Positions 39,854 through 50,545 of a stretch of DNA of 64,000 nt are shown here, one piece after another. Origin of the DNA: Candidatus Marinacidobacterales bacterium. GTDB taxonomy: Bacteria; Acidobacteriota; Vicinamibacteria; Marinacidobacterales; SMYC01. Positions within the stretch are counted from its first letter, which is position 1; each line of letters starts with the position of its first letter. The stretch is from the NCBI GenBank assembly GCA_965224085.1, contig CBDCYI010000011.1, forward strand, positions 96,001-160,000. Reading direction: 5' to 3'. The position numbers and the translations under genes are program-made. The notes below the pieces were generated by a model, which was not told where the DNA came from, made no database searches, and worked only from the letters and a program-made list of their open reading frames with translations.

Positions 39854-41155
39854 CTATCGGAGCATCCGCAGAACGAGGGCGGCGTATAGGCGGGCCCTTC
39901 TCATCGCGCTGTCGATGCTCGCGTATTCGTTGGGTGCGTGAGCGTTCTCGCCGCTTCCCTCGATCCCGAAGTTGATCCATTTGGCGCCCGTCGCCCAGAG
40001 ATCGGGCCTTCCTCCCCCGTTACTGCCCGTCCAGCCGGGCGAGCGGCCGACATAGTCGGGGGCGACCTCGCGGATTACTCGGACGAAAGGGTCGTTGTCG
40101 GTGAGCGTTTCCCAATAGTGCATCGGCACCCACTGTGTCGTCATCGGCTCGACGGTCACCTGAAGCTCGGGATCTTCTTTCTGGAGTCGCGCGAAGAGCG
40201 CTCGCATCTCCTCCAGCACCCCCTCGGGTGACTGGCCCGGCAGTAGCCGAATGTCGATCTGCGCCTCCGCCCAGTCGGGGACCTGATTGACTTTGTAGCC
40301 TCCCTCGATCTTTCCCGCTTCGACCACCGGCTTTCCTCCATAGAGAGGATTTCGGAAGAGCGGGTGCTCCTCGTACGTCATCCACTTATCGATGGTCTCG
40401 ATCTCGGTAAGGACTTTCGCAAGCTTGTAGATGGCGTTGACCGGGCGGCCCGGCTTGCCATCGCCGCGTCGGCCGGCCGTGTGTCCGCCAACGCCCGTGA
40501 CCCGGACTTTGACCCACGTCCAGCCGCCTGAGATCTTGACGATGTTCGGGCCGCCTTCGGTATCGAGATACCAGTCGGCCTTCAAAAGCTCGGGTTGTTC
40601 TTCGACGATGAAGGGAAGACTGTGAACCTGTGCGCCCTCGCCGGGAATGAACAGATGCACGAGCGTTCCGGAGAGCGGTATGCCTGCTTGCCGGATGGCT
40701 CGGCTAGCGAGGAGCGTGGCGGCGATCGCGGCCTTTTGATCCGAGGCGCCCAGCCCGTAGATGCGATCCCCATCCACGTGGCCGGAGAAGGGGTCGCGCT
40801 TCCATTTCGTGCGATCGCCGAGCGTCACGGTGTTGTAATGAGCAAGAAGACCGAGGGTCGGACCGTCGCTGGCTCCGCGCAGGCGCCCCACCACGGTCGG
40901 ATATCCGGGGGTGGGCTGAAGCACCTGTACGTCCATGCCGAGTTCTCGCAGGTAGCCGGCAAGGAAATCCGCCATCTCGCCGTGGTTGGCGAGGACGCCT
41001 TCGTCGTAATCGCTTCGGATGGCAATGAGTTGCCGGGTCAGCGAGACGAGCTCGTCTCGCTGGATGCGCTCGTCCACCGATGCGGGAAGCTGGGCATGTG
41101 CCGGGACCACCGCTCTAATCACGAGAGCCAGAGCGATGAAGACTCGTTCAACCAT
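39854..41155 (-). CDS. Secreted M20 ArgE/DapE-like hydrolase with atypical metal site
   Basis: Signal peptide; HYNTV, GASDQKA, GGYKVNQVP, AHAPNE. Confidence 0.85.
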   Translation of the reverse strand: MVERVFIALALVIRAVVPAHAQLPASVDERIQRDELVSLTRQLIAIRSDYDEGVLANHGEMADFLAGYLRELGMDVQVLQPTPGYPTVVGRLRGASDGPTLGLLAHYNTVTLGDRTKWKRDPFSGHVDGDRIYGLGASDQKAAIAATLLASRAIRQAGIPLSGTLVHLFIPGEGAQVHSLPFIVEEQPELLKADWYLDTEGGPNIVKISGGWTWVKVRVTGVGGHTAGRRGDGKPGRPVNAIYKLAKVLTEIETIDKWMTYEEHPLFRNPLYGGKPVVEAGKIEGGYKVNQVPDWAEAQIDIRLLPGQSPEGVLEEMRALFARLQKEDPELQVTVEPMTTQWVPMHYWETLTDNDPFVRVIREVAPDYVGRSPGWTGSNGGGRPDLWATGAKWINFGIEGSGENAHAPNEYASIDSAMRRARLYAALVLRMLR

Positions 41156-41211
41156 AGCGCCCTCCTTCGGAACGTGAGCATCTTACTCCTTTCGTAGCAC
41201 TCTTGTTCCAC

Positions 41212-41349
41212 GGAATCGACTTGCTGGTGAACAACACCAGGGTCCTCGAGCGAACGCCTTTGTTGGAGATAACCGAGGAGGAGTGGGACTGGAACGTCGA
41301 CACCAACCTCAAGGGCTACTTTCTCGTCGGCCAGGCGGTGGCACGGTGG
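41212..41349 (+). pseudogene. SDR internal fragment
   Basis: Manual translation GIDLLVNN...EITEEEWDWNVDTNLKGYFLVGQAVAR. Confidence 0.65.
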
Positions 41350-41591
41350 CGTGCTCGGTGGCCGTCGTGACCGGCCCGGGTCAGTCGTCCGCTCTTTTTA
41401 TCTGACGTTGACGCTGGCGCTCACAGTTGTGATCACGCTCGCGGCGGAAATTGTCCTTGTTCTTGCCGCGACTGATGGGGTATTAAGCAGACGAGGAGGG
41501 ACGACATGAGAGCTTCGTCCTCGAGAATCATGACATACGCTACACTGCCAGCTCAAAAGCTCGCGCCTTACGAGCGCCTCAACGGCTTCCG

Positions 41592-42722
41592 ATGAAGATC
41601 ACGGACGTCGAGACCATCCCGCTGCGGCTTGCCGAAGTACGGCCGAACGGCGACGGATTGCAGGACGTCCTCATCCTTCGTGTTCACACCGACGAAGGCA
41701 TCACCGGGATTGGAGAGGCCCATACCTCCCCACTGGCGCTGAAGGCGATCATCGATGCCCCCATCTCGCAGCTCACCGGACAGGGGCTTCGGCAGCTTCT
41801 CCTCGGCAAGGACCCTCTCCGCATCAACGAGCTCTGGGACCTCATGTACGAGCACACCTCGACGTTCGGTCGGCGCGGGGCCGTCATCCACGCAATGAGC
41901 GGGATCGATATCGCCCTCTGGGACATTCTGGGCAAGGTGACCGGCCTTCCGCTCTATCAGCTTCTCGGCGGGGCGAGGAGGGACCGTGTCCGGGTCTATG
42001 CCAGTGATCTCACACCCGAAGACAAGACTCGAGTCGTACCGCGGGCCAAAGAACTGTTCGACCAGGGCTACACCGGGATGAAATTCGGGTGGGGGACGCT
42101 GGGCCAAAACGTGCGCGAGGACGCGCGTTGGGTAAACGAGCTCCGCCGTGGCGTCGGACCGAAGGTCGACCTCATGGTCGATATGGGTGCTGCCATCTCC
42201 TTTGGAGACGCGCTGTGGCTCGGCAACGCGCTCGCCGAAGACAACGTCTATTTCCTGGAGGAGCCGCTCTCGCCCGACAATCTCGACGGGTTCGCCGAAC
42301 TCGTGGCTGCTTCGCCAACCGCCATCGCCACAGGCGAGAAGGAGACGACACGCTTCGGGTTCCGGGATCTCATGGAACGAGGAAAGCTGCGGATCATCCA
42401 GCCGGATATCGCCCGTGTCGGCGGCATCACGGAGATCCGGCGGATCGCCGCTCTAGCCGAGATACGAAACGTGCGCGTGATCCCTCATTGCTGGGCCACC
42501 GACATTCTCGTCAGCGCCACGCTCCACTTTCTCGTCACCCAGGCCGATGCGCCCTATCAGGAGCTCAACGTCACCGAGAACCCTCTTCGGCGGAAGCTTC
42601 TCCGAGAGCCTCTCGTCCCTCGAGACGGGTTTCTCGCCGTTCCCCAGGCGCCCGGGCTCGGCATCGAGCTCGATGAGAAAACGCTCGAGACCTACTGGTG
42701 GAATCCTCGGAGAACGAGATGA
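41592..42722 (+). CDS. Mandelate racemase/muconate lactonizing enzyme family (acid-sugar dehydratase-like)
   Basis: TDEGITGIGE, SGIDIALWDILGK, MVD / EEP / GE metal ligands, QPD, IPH. Confidence 0.92.
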   Translation: MKITDVETIPLRLAEVRPNGDGLQDVLILRVHTDEGITGIGEAHTSPLALKAIIDAPISQLTGQGLRQLLLGKDPLRINELWDLMYEHTSTFGRRGAVIHAMSGIDIALWDILGKVTGLPLYQLLGGARRDRVRVYASDLTPEDKTRVVPRAKELFDQGYTGMKFGWGTLGQNVREDARWVNELRRGVGPKVDLMVDMGAAISFGDALWLGNALAEDNVYFLEEPLSPDNLDGFAELVAASPTAIATGEKETTRFGFRDLMERGKLRIIQPDIARVGGITEIRRIAALAEIRNVRVIPHCWATDILVSATLHFLVTQADAPYQELNVTENPLRRKLLREPLVPRDGFLAVPQAPGLGIELDEKTLETYWWNPRRTR

Positions 42723-43729
42723 TGAAGAAGCGAAAGCTCGCACGCCGGGTAACTGCCGTATCTCTAGCGCTGGCAGCAATTATTGCTGCCACATCTGTGG
42801 GCTGCCAGGCGCCGGACGGGATAGCTCAAATCCAGTTCATTTCGGGAAGTCCCACCGGCGGGTGGTTCCCGGTGGCCTCGGCCGTTGCTGATTTGACCAA
42901 CGCTCTTTACGAGGGTCACCCGATCTCCGTGATCCCGGGAGCCGGGGGTGTCGGAAACCCGCTTCGGGTGGGCTCAGGGCAGTCTGACATCGGCCTCTCC
43001 TATGGCCCCTTTCTCCGCCTCGCTCGAGAAGGCGGAAACGAGACCTACCAGAAGGCCTTTCCGAACCTGCGGGCGGTGAGCGCCATGATCACCAACAAGC
43101 TGCATCTGGTCAAAAGCGGTGACTCGGACGACTCCGGCCTCGCCCGGTTGACCTCTGAGAAGCCTCGCTTGAGGGTGGGCACCGGACCCGTCGGCTCCGC
43201 TGAGCTCTTCGTTTTTGGTGAGGTTTTGAAACGGTACGGAGCCTCCTACGACGATATTGAACACTGGGGCGGGCGCGTCGATCGGGTGAACACCGGGGGC
43301 CGATCGGACGCGTGGAGGAACCGCCAGCTCGATCTAGTGAGTTTTTTCATCAACGACCCGGCGCCGCGCGTCATCGAGCTCCTGTCGGCCCGTGACAGCT
43401 CGAGGCTCGTCAACCTCGATGAGCACGTACGCCAGGATCTGGCCGGAGATTGGGGAATGCTCGATCTGCGCATTCCCGCCGGCCGATATCCCAACCAGCA
43501 CGAGGACGTACGGACGGTGGGTATGCCCTATGTCGTTTTCACGACCACGCAGCTCGATGCCGACATCGTCTACAACCTCACCCGGGTGATCGCCGAGAAT
43601 CGAGAGCGACTGGTTGCCGCTCACTCGGCGTTCCAGGATTGGGAGCCGGAGGACATGCTTCGTGGCGTGGGTATCGCTTTGCACGAAGGCGCCGAGCGCT
43701 ATTACCGAGAGCGCGGCTGGATCGAGTAG
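42719..43729 (+). CDS. TAXI family TRAP transporter solute-binding lipoprotein
   Basis: Lipobox-like SVGC, GSPTGGWF, IPAGRY, LHEGAERYYRE. Confidence 0.9.
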   Translation: MMKKRKLARRVTAVSLALAAIIAATSVGCQAPDGIAQIQFISGSPTGGWFPVASAVADLTNALYEGHPISVIPGAGGVGNPLRVGSGQSDIGLSYGPFLRLAREGGNETYQKAFPNLRAVSAMITNKLHLVKSGDSDDSGLARLTSEKPRLRVGTGPVGSAELFVFGEVLKRYGASYDDIEHWGGRVDRVNTGGRSDAWRNRQLDLVSFFINDPAPRVIELLSARDSSRLVNLDEHVRQDLAGDWGMLDLRIPAGRYPNQHEDVRTVGMPYVVFTTTQLDADIVYNLTRVIAENRERLVAAHSAFQDWEPEDMLRGVGIALHEGAERYYRERGWIE

Positions 43730-43762
43730 CGAGGCGCCGGCCGCTGGCAGGCGGATCCTTTG

Positions 43763-45742
43763 ATGGTGAATCCCTCCCAGACCCCATCCGTAGACACCCA
43801 GCCAACTGAGCTGGAAGCGCTTCGGGACCGTGTCTTTCCCAAGGCACAGAGACGTCTCACGGGACCTCTTCGAGCCATCGTCACCGTGGCCAGCGTGGGA
43901 CTGACCGTCTTCACGCTCTATATGGGTTTTCACATCACGCTCGGTCCCATCGTCACGCGGGCCGCACACCTGATGGTGGTCATCCCTCTCGCGTTTCTTC
44001 TCTATCCGGCCCGGAAGCGGCTTCCCCACGGTGGGCCCTCGCCGGTCGACTATGCGCTGGCTGCCGCTGCTGGCGCCGCTTTCGCTTGGGCCATCGTGAG
44101 CGCCGAGCGCTTCGAAGCTCGCTTCGCCTACTACGATCCCGTCGAGCCCCTCGACTTCGTCTTCGGTGTGGTGGCGCTCGTCACCGTGTTCGAAGCAACG
44201 AGGCGCACCGTGGGAAGCACCATTGTGGTGCTCAACCTCGTTTTCATGGTCTATGCCCTCACCGGCCCTTACTGGCCGGGCGTACTCCAGCACAAGGGCA
44301 CGAGCTTTCCCTTTCTCATCGAGCACCTGTACATGCTGAGCGATGGCCTGTTCAACTTCATCACCGGCATCATGGCCACCTTCCTCTTCACATTTCTCGC
44401 GTTCGGCGCTTTCCTGAGGGTCTCGGGCGCCGATCGTTTCTTCACCGACTTCGCCTTTGCGGTGGCGGGGAACCGAAGGGGAGGGCCGGCCAAGGTGGCG
44501 ATCATCTCGAGCGCCCTGATGGGGATGCTTTCCGGTAGCACCGTTTCGAACGTGGCCACCACCGGCACCATGACCATCCCGATGATGATCCGGATGGGTT
44601 TCAAGCCGCACGAGGCGGGGGCCATCGAGTCCACCGCCTCGTTGGGCGGGGCCCTCATGCCCCCTCTCATGGGCGCCGGTGTCTTCATCATGGCCGCCTT
44701 CACCGGCGTCCCACTCGTCACCATCCTCGGCTATTCGATTCTTCCCGCCGTTCTCTATTTCGCCTCGATCTACTTCCACGTCGACTCCAAGGCGCGAAAG
44801 GAGGGCATCAAGCCCATCCCCTTAGAGCAGCTTCCCCGGGTCGCGGAGGTGGCGAAAACCCAGGGCCACGTCGTGCTGCCGATTCTCGTTCTGATCTCGC
44901 TTCTCCTCATGGACTACACGCCGTTTTTCGCCAGCTCGGCCAGCGTTCTCACCATCGTCGCCGTGAGCATGCTTCGGCAGTCCACCCGGTTGACGCCTCC
45001 GAAACTGCTCGCCGCTCTGGAGGCCACCACGCGGGTCGCCGTCACGGTGAGCTCGCTTTCGGCCAGCGCCGCGGTGATCTACGGCGTCATCACCGCCACC
45101 GGCCTTCTGGTCAAGGTCACTTCGATCCTCCTTTCGGCGGCGGATGGCTCCGTTTTCATCGCCATCGTCCTCATTGCCGCCATGTCCTACATCCTGGGGA
45201 TGGGGCTTCCGGTGACCGCCTCCTACGTTCTTATCGCGGCGCTGGGAGCTCCGGCGCTCGCCGATATGGGGCTTCCGATCCTCGCCGCCCATCTCATCAT
45301 CTTCTGGTTCAGCCAGGATTCCACGATTACCCCTCCCATCTGCATGACGGCCTTCGTGGCGGCCAGCATTGCCGAGGCGTCCCCGATGCGGACGGGATGG
45401 GAGTGCGTCCGGATGGCCAAAGCTCTCTACATACTCCCGTTCATGTTCGCCTTCTCCGGCCTGCTCTCGGAATCCCCTACCGAGATATTCTTCGACTTCG
45501 CCGTTCTGTTCTGCGCCCTTGCGCTCCTGCCACTGGCGATCGAGGGCTACTGGACGAGGCCTTTGCACCTCCTCGAGCGCGCTATTTTTTCCTTGGTGAG
45601 CGCGGGCTTTCTCAAATCGGCCCTCGGGCCGGCAGAGGCCGGATGGCCATGGGCGGTGGTGATGTCGATCGTCGCCGGCGCGACGCTCGTGCGCTCCGCC
45701 CGACGAGCCGAGAGCGAGGATCGAGAAAGCATTGAGCAATAA
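43763..45742 (+). CDS. TRAP transporter fused 4TM/12TM permease
   Basis: GGPAKVA, SGSTVSNV, GALMPPLMGAG, LGMGLPVTASY, ITPPIC. Confidence 0.93.
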   Translation: MVNPSQTPSVDTQPTELEALRDRVFPKAQRRLTGPLRAIVTVASVGLTVFTLYMGFHITLGPIVTRAAHLMVVIPLAFLLYPARKRLPHGGPSPVDYALAAAAGAAFAWAIVSAERFEARFAYYDPVEPLDFVFGVVALVTVFEATRRTVGSTIVVLNLVFMVYALTGPYWPGVLQHKGTSFPFLIEHLYMLSDGLFNFITGIMATFLFTFLAFGAFLRVSGADRFFTDFAFAVAGNRRGGPAKVAIISSALMGMLSGSTVSNVATTGTMTIPMMIRMGFKPHEAGAIESTASLGGALMPPLMGAGVFIMAAFTGVPLVTILGYSILPAVLYFASIYFHVDSKARKEGIKPIPLEQLPRVAEVAKTQGHVVLPILVLISLLLMDYTPFFASSASVLTIVAVSMLRQSTRLTPPKLLAALEATTRVAVTVSSLSASAAVIYGVITATGLLVKVTSILLSAADGSVFIAIVLIAAMSYILGMGLPVTASYVLIAALGAPALADMGLPILAAHLIIFWFSQDSTITPPICMTAFVAASIAEASPMRTGWECVRMAKALYILPFMFAFSGLLSESPTEIFFDFAVLFCALALLPLAIEGYWTRPLHLLERAIFSLVSAGFLKSALGPAEAGWPWAVVMSIVAGATLVRSARRAESEDRESIEQ

Positions 45743-45800
45743 CGCGAAGTCCGTTATTATCGCGAGTCGGAACGTTTCAGCCGGCTGAAGGAGCAAACAC

Positions 45801-46715
45801 ATGAACAATGGCAAGGTTGACTGGAAGGGGAATTTCGTGGCGCTCGTTACTCCCTTCACCAAAGAGGGTGACGTCGACGAGAAGAAGTTCATCGAGAACA
45901 TCGAGCTTCTGCTCTCGGAAGGCGTTCACGGCGTCATCGTCTCGGGATGCACCGGCGAGTCCTGGTCTCTCGAATCTTCCGAGAAAGAGCGACTGTACCG
46001 GATCGCCGTGGATACCGTTAAGGGAAGGGCCACCGTAATCGCGGGCACGGGCGGGATCGTGACCCGCAGCGTGGTCGCGTTGTCGAAAGGGGCCAAGGAA
46101 GCGGGCGTGGACGGGGTCATGATCCTCCCACCCTACTACGCCATGATCAACGAGGAAGAAGTGATCGCTCACTATCGGGCCATCTCGGACGAGGCCCGGG
46201 TTCCGATCCTTCTCTACAACATTCCGCGTCGCACCGGCGTCAACCTGACGCCGGAGCTCTGTGAAGAGCTGGCGGAGCTCGACTACGTGGTGGCCATCAA
46301 AGAGAGTTCCAACGATTTCGTACAGGTGGAAGCGACGCTGGCCGCTCTCGGCGACCGGATGCTGGTGTTCACCGGTCACTCGGCCGAGCGTGGCGTAGCA
46401 GCGGTGCTCCTCGGCTGTCAGGGTTACGTCAGCAGCATGGAATCCCAGGTCATGGGCCGCGGGGCGATCCCTCTATACGAGCTCGCCGCATCGGGAAAGG
46501 TCGACGAGGCGCGGAAGATGCAAATGAGAACGCTTCAGCTCGACCAGGCCATGCGTAAAGTCGGCACCTTTCCCGCGAATTTGAAGGCTGCGATGAACAT
46601 CCTGGGCCGGGCGGGCGGCTACGTACGAGCGCCGATTCTCGGGTTGAGCGAAGCCGAGGTGGAGCGCGTCCGGTCCATTCTCGACGGCCTCGACCTGCTC
46701 GAAACGGCGGCATAA
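45801..46715 (+). CDS. DapA/NAL family lyase (paralog 2)
   Basis: ALVTPF, GCTGE, YNIPRRTG, AIKES. Confidence 0.9.
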   Translation: MNNGKVDWKGNFVALVTPFTKEGDVDEKKFIENIELLLSEGVHGVIVSGCTGESWSLESSEKERLYRIAVDTVKGRATVIAGTGGIVTRSVVALSKGAKEAGVDGVMILPPYYAMINEEEVIAHYRAISDEARVPILLYNIPRRTGVNLTPELCEELAELDYVVAIKESSNDFVQVEATLAALGDRMLVFTGHSAERGVAAVLLGCQGYVSSMESQVMGRGAIPLYELAASGKVDEARKMQMRTLQLDQAMRKVGTFPANLKAAMNILGRAGGYVRAPILGLSEAEVERVRSILDGLDLLETAA

Positions 46716-46744
46716 TCGGCCGCCAGAGGCAGTGGTCCGGGCTC

Positions 46745-47674
46745 ATGTCGACCTCGAGCCGACCCATCGGGGGCAACGTTCCCGCCGTGGTGACCCCGTT
46801 CGACGAGGCGGGAGAGCTCCTTGTGGACGACTTCGCGGAAATCGTCCGATGGCACCTCGCAAACGGCGCCGACGGCATTTGCATCGCCGGTGACAACGGG
46901 GAGGCGTGGGCCCTCACCCTCGAAGATCGCAGGCGCATCGCCGAGACGGCGGTGAATGTCGTTTCGGGAACGGTGCCGCTCGTCATGGGTGCGAGCGCCC
47001 CGACCGCCCGAGAGACCGTCGCCCTGGCGGAGGTCGCCGCCGAGGCTGGCGTGGACGCCATCATGACCGGACCCCAGGCCTATGTCTTGAAGGCCACCAG
47101 CCGGGAGATCGTCGGTCGATTCGAGGCCATCTACCAGGCCGTGCCGTTGCCCATCCTGCTCTACAACTCACCGCGCCGTACCGGCCTCAACTTGGACATC
47201 ACGACTTTCGGGGCCATCTGCGATGCGGTGCCGCTGGTCGGCGTGAAAGAAGCATCTCGTGATTTTTTTCACCTCACCCACATCATTCACCACTTCGGCA
47301 AGCAAGTTCCCGTTCTCATCGGTCCTTGTCCCTTCATCTTCCCCGGCCTGGCTCTGGGGGCGCGAGGCTTCATCTCGACCGGGCCCGAGCTCTTCGGCAA
47401 AGCGGCGGCCCGCATCCGCGCCATGGCGAGCGAGAATCCCTCGGAAGAAAGTCGCGAGTTCCACTACCGCCTCACCCGCATCTACGAGACCTTGATGCGA
47501 ACCGGTACCTGGCCTGCCGCCATCAAAGCAGCCCTCAACCTCCTCGGCGTTCCGGCCGGGTTGCCACGGGAGCCCGTTCAGCCCTTGACCGCGGACGACC
47601 GGGAGAAGCTGGAGCGAGTGATGGGGGAGCTTTACTTGCTCGACGACACAAGGAAGCATGCGGGGGCGTCCTGA
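46745..47674 (+). CDS. DapA/NAL family lyase (paralog 3)
   Basis: AVVTPF, GDNGE, YNSPRRTG, GVKEAS. Confidence 0.88.
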   Translation: MSTSSRPIGGNVPAVVTPFDEAGELLVDDFAEIVRWHLANGADGICIAGDNGEAWALTLEDRRRIAETAVNVVSGTVPLVMGASAPTARETVALAEVAAEAGVDAIMTGPQAYVLKATSREIVGRFEAIYQAVPLPILLYNSPRRTGLNLDITTFGAICDAVPLVGVKEASRDFFHLTHIIHHFGKQVPVLIGPCPFIFPGLALGARGFISTGPELFGKAAARIRAMASENPSEESREFHYRLTRIYETLMRTGTWPAAIKAALNLLGVPAGLPREPVQPLTADDREKLERVMGELYLLDDTRKHAGAS

Positions 47675-47680
47675 ACGGCG

Positions 47681-48526
47681 ATGAGCCTCCACTTCCGTCC
47701 CCTCAACGAGGTGATCGGCGCCGAGGTCCTGGGAGTCGATCTATCCCAGCCCATGAGCGACGAGACGTTCGAGCGAGTTCACCAAACGTGGCTCGAGAGA
47801 ACGATTCTCTTGTTTCGCGGACAGAAGACGTCCGTCGAAGAGCACATCGCCTTCACCCGGCGCCTCGGCGATCTCGAGATCCACACCCTCCCGCAATATA
47901 CCTTGCCGTCCCATCCGGAGATCTTCGTCGTATCGAACGTGACAAAAGACGGGCGCCCCATCGGAGCACCGAAGAGCGGTCATCACTGGCACAGCGATTC
48001 CCAATACCTCAAGAAGCCGAGCGCCGGCTCCCTGCTCCACGCCCGGGAGGTTCCTGCCGAGGGGGGCGACACCCTGTTCACCAATCTCTTCGCCGCCTAC
48101 GACGCACTGCCCGAGGAGACGAAGCGGAAGATCGAGGGGCTCAAGGTCCTGCACAGCCGCGTCAAAGCCTGGTCGATCAGCTACCCCGACCGTGCTCCGA
48201 TGACCGAGGAGGAAAAGGCGAGAGTCCCCGACGTGATCCACCCCCTGGTTCGTACGCACCCCGAGACGGGACGAAAGGCCCTTTGGGTCGGCGGCAACGT
48301 CGCCTGGGAGATCGTGGGAATGCACGAAGAAGAAGGTCGAGCCCTGATTCGTGAGCTCCGGAAGTTCGCCATCCAGTCACGCTTCGTCTACCGGCACAAG
48401 TGGAGGGTGGGCGACGCCATCCTGTGGGACAACCGCTCGACCATGCATTGCGCCACGCCCTTCGACGAAGAGAGGTACCGGCGCGTCATGTACCGCACGA
48501 CCGTCGCCGGGGGCGAGCCGTTCTGA
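47681..48526 (+). CDS. TauD/TfdA family Fe(II)/2-oxoglutarate dioxygenase
   Basis: WHSD, GGDTLF, HPLVRTHPETG, WDNRSTMH, R.MYR. Confidence 0.93.
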   Translation: MSLHFRPLNEVIGAEVLGVDLSQPMSDETFERVHQTWLERTILLFRGQKTSVEEHIAFTRRLGDLEIHTLPQYTLPSHPEIFVVSNVTKDGRPIGAPKSGHHWHSDSQYLKKPSAGSLLHAREVPAEGGDTLFTNLFAAYDALPEETKRKIEGLKVLHSRVKAWSISYPDRAPMTEEEKARVPDVIHPLVRTHPETGRKALWVGGNVAWEIVGMHEEEGRALIRELRKFAIQSRFVYRHKWRVGDAILWDNRSTMHCATPFDEERYRRVMYRTTVAGGEPF

Positions 48527-48642
48527 TCCCCGGTCCGGAAAGGAGAGAGCCCATGCGGTCGGAGTTGGGAGTTCCTGGGAGCTCTAGCCATCGTCCTGCT
48601 CACGCTCATGGCGTTGCAGACGTCGGTCATCGTTGAAGAGGG

Positions 48643-50445
48643 ATGGGTTTGACGAGCCGTGAGCTTCGCCGCGGACAGGAAAAGCCCCTTCGGGGAGGAA
48701 AAAACGGCCGGAGTCCTCTGGCAATGGCCGTGGGGGCAGCGTTTCTAGGTGGCCATGTCCTGGCGTCACCGGTACAAACTTCAGGAGGCTCCGTGATCGA
48801 GCTGAACGTCGGCTCCCTGCAAACGGGATCCTCCCGGCCTCTGGCCATCTCGCCGGACGGGGCACTGCTGGTCGTTGCTGCTTTCGAGCACGGATCGACA
48901 CGGCTCTACGTCGGAGAGCTCGATCGTTTCGATGCCCGCCCGATTCCCGGCAGCGAGGGAGCCCAAAATCCGTTCTTCTCTCCCGATGGCAAGTGGATCG
49001 GTTTCTTTGCCGACGGCGAGCTGAGAAAGATCGAGCTGACCCGAGGGTCGTCCCATACGATTTGCTAGGCGCCTGCCGACAGCCGGGGCGCGGCCTGGGG
49101 CCCTGACGACTACATCGTGTTCGCTCCCAGTGGTGCGTCGGGCCTCCATCGAGTCTCCGCAGATGGAGGTGCGCCCACGGTACTGACAACTCCCGAATCC
49201 GATCAGGGTGAGCACAGTCACCGTTGGCCCGAAATCCTGCCGGGCGGAAAGAACGTTCTGTTCACCGTATGGGGAAGCTACGAGGCGAAGGACGCGCCCA
49301 TCGCAGTGCTCTCCCTCGAAACGGGGGAGCGCAAACGGCTTCTTCGCGGAGGTACAGACGCCCGCTACGCACCGACCGGGCACCTCGTGTACGCAAAGCT
49401 CGCGGGACTCTTTGCGGTTCCGTTCGACCTCGAGGCCCTTCGCGTGGTCGGCCCCGAGACGGCGTTGCCGCAGAAGGTCCCGGCTCATCCGGTCTCTGGA
49501 GTCGCGAACTTCGCGATCGCTCGCAATGGGGCTCTCGTCTACGTCGAGAGAGGGATAGCCGCGGACCACCTGCTCGTCTGGGTCGATCGGCGCGGGAAGT
49601 CGACGCCGGTGTCCGATCTCCGTCAGGACTTCTGGTATCCACGCGTTTCCCCGGACGGACGGATCGCGGTGCGCATCGTCGAGGAGAGCGGCCGCCGCGA
49701 CATCTGGATCTACGAGGGGGAGAAACGTCGCCGGTTGATTCCCACGTACGAGGGCGAGAACCTCTTCCCGGCCTGGACGCCGGACGGGAAGCGGGTGACG
49801 TTCAACTCGGAGCGGGAAGGAAGCCTGGGTCTCTATTCGAGAGCGGTGGAGGGAGGCGCTACCGAAAAGCTCCTGTCTCGAGACAACCAACAGGTGCCCG
49901 GTTCGTGGTCGCGCGACGGCCGGTTCCTCGCGTTGTACGAAGTCCATCCGTCCACGCAACGGGATATCTGGGTCCTTCCCATGGAGGGTGAGCGTCAACC
50001 GAGACCTCTCGTGGTGACTCCCTTCAACGAGCTAGCCCCCATGTTCTCGCCGGACGGCCGATGGATTGCCTTCGTGTCGAACCGCTCCGGCCGGAATGAG
50101 GTCTACCTGCTCCCGTTTCCCGGGCCCGGTGAGCCGGTCCAGATCACGACCGCGGGCGGGGCCGAGGCAGTCTGGGGGCCAGACGGCTCGGAGCTCTTCT
50201 ATCGAGAGGGGAGCTGGTTGATGAGGGTTTCCATCGCGTCGGAGCCCGAGCTCGAGGTGGGGGAGCCACAAGTGTTGTTCGAGGGAGTCTATCGCACGAA
50301 CGCTTATGGCAATCCATCATACGACGTCGCTCCGGACGCTCAGAGGTTCCTGATGATTCTTTCCGGGAGCGAATCGAAAGCGCGCTTGAAAGTCGCGACC
50401 GGCTGGTTTGCGGAGCTGCAACGACGGGTGCCGACGAATCGCTAA
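48643..50445 (+). pseudogene. PD40/TolB-like propeller (C-terminal part of an Acidobacteria-type kinase), truncated
   Basis: SPDG repeats, PFFSPDGKWIGF, YDVAPD..RFL..NWF-type end; in-frame TAG at 49066-49068; no kinase domain upstream. Confidence 0.7.
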
Positions 50446-50545
50446 TATACAGTTTCTAGCGCCAGCCTCTCCCAAACAGCCGCCCTTCCACCGTGCCCAA
50501 CCCATTCGTTCGATCCGCCGAGAATGAGCTCGTAATATTTCAACT

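Noticed and set aside
41414-41430. Possible sigma54 promoter TGGCGC...TTGT
   Set aside because: Spacing and -12 element do not match the consensus
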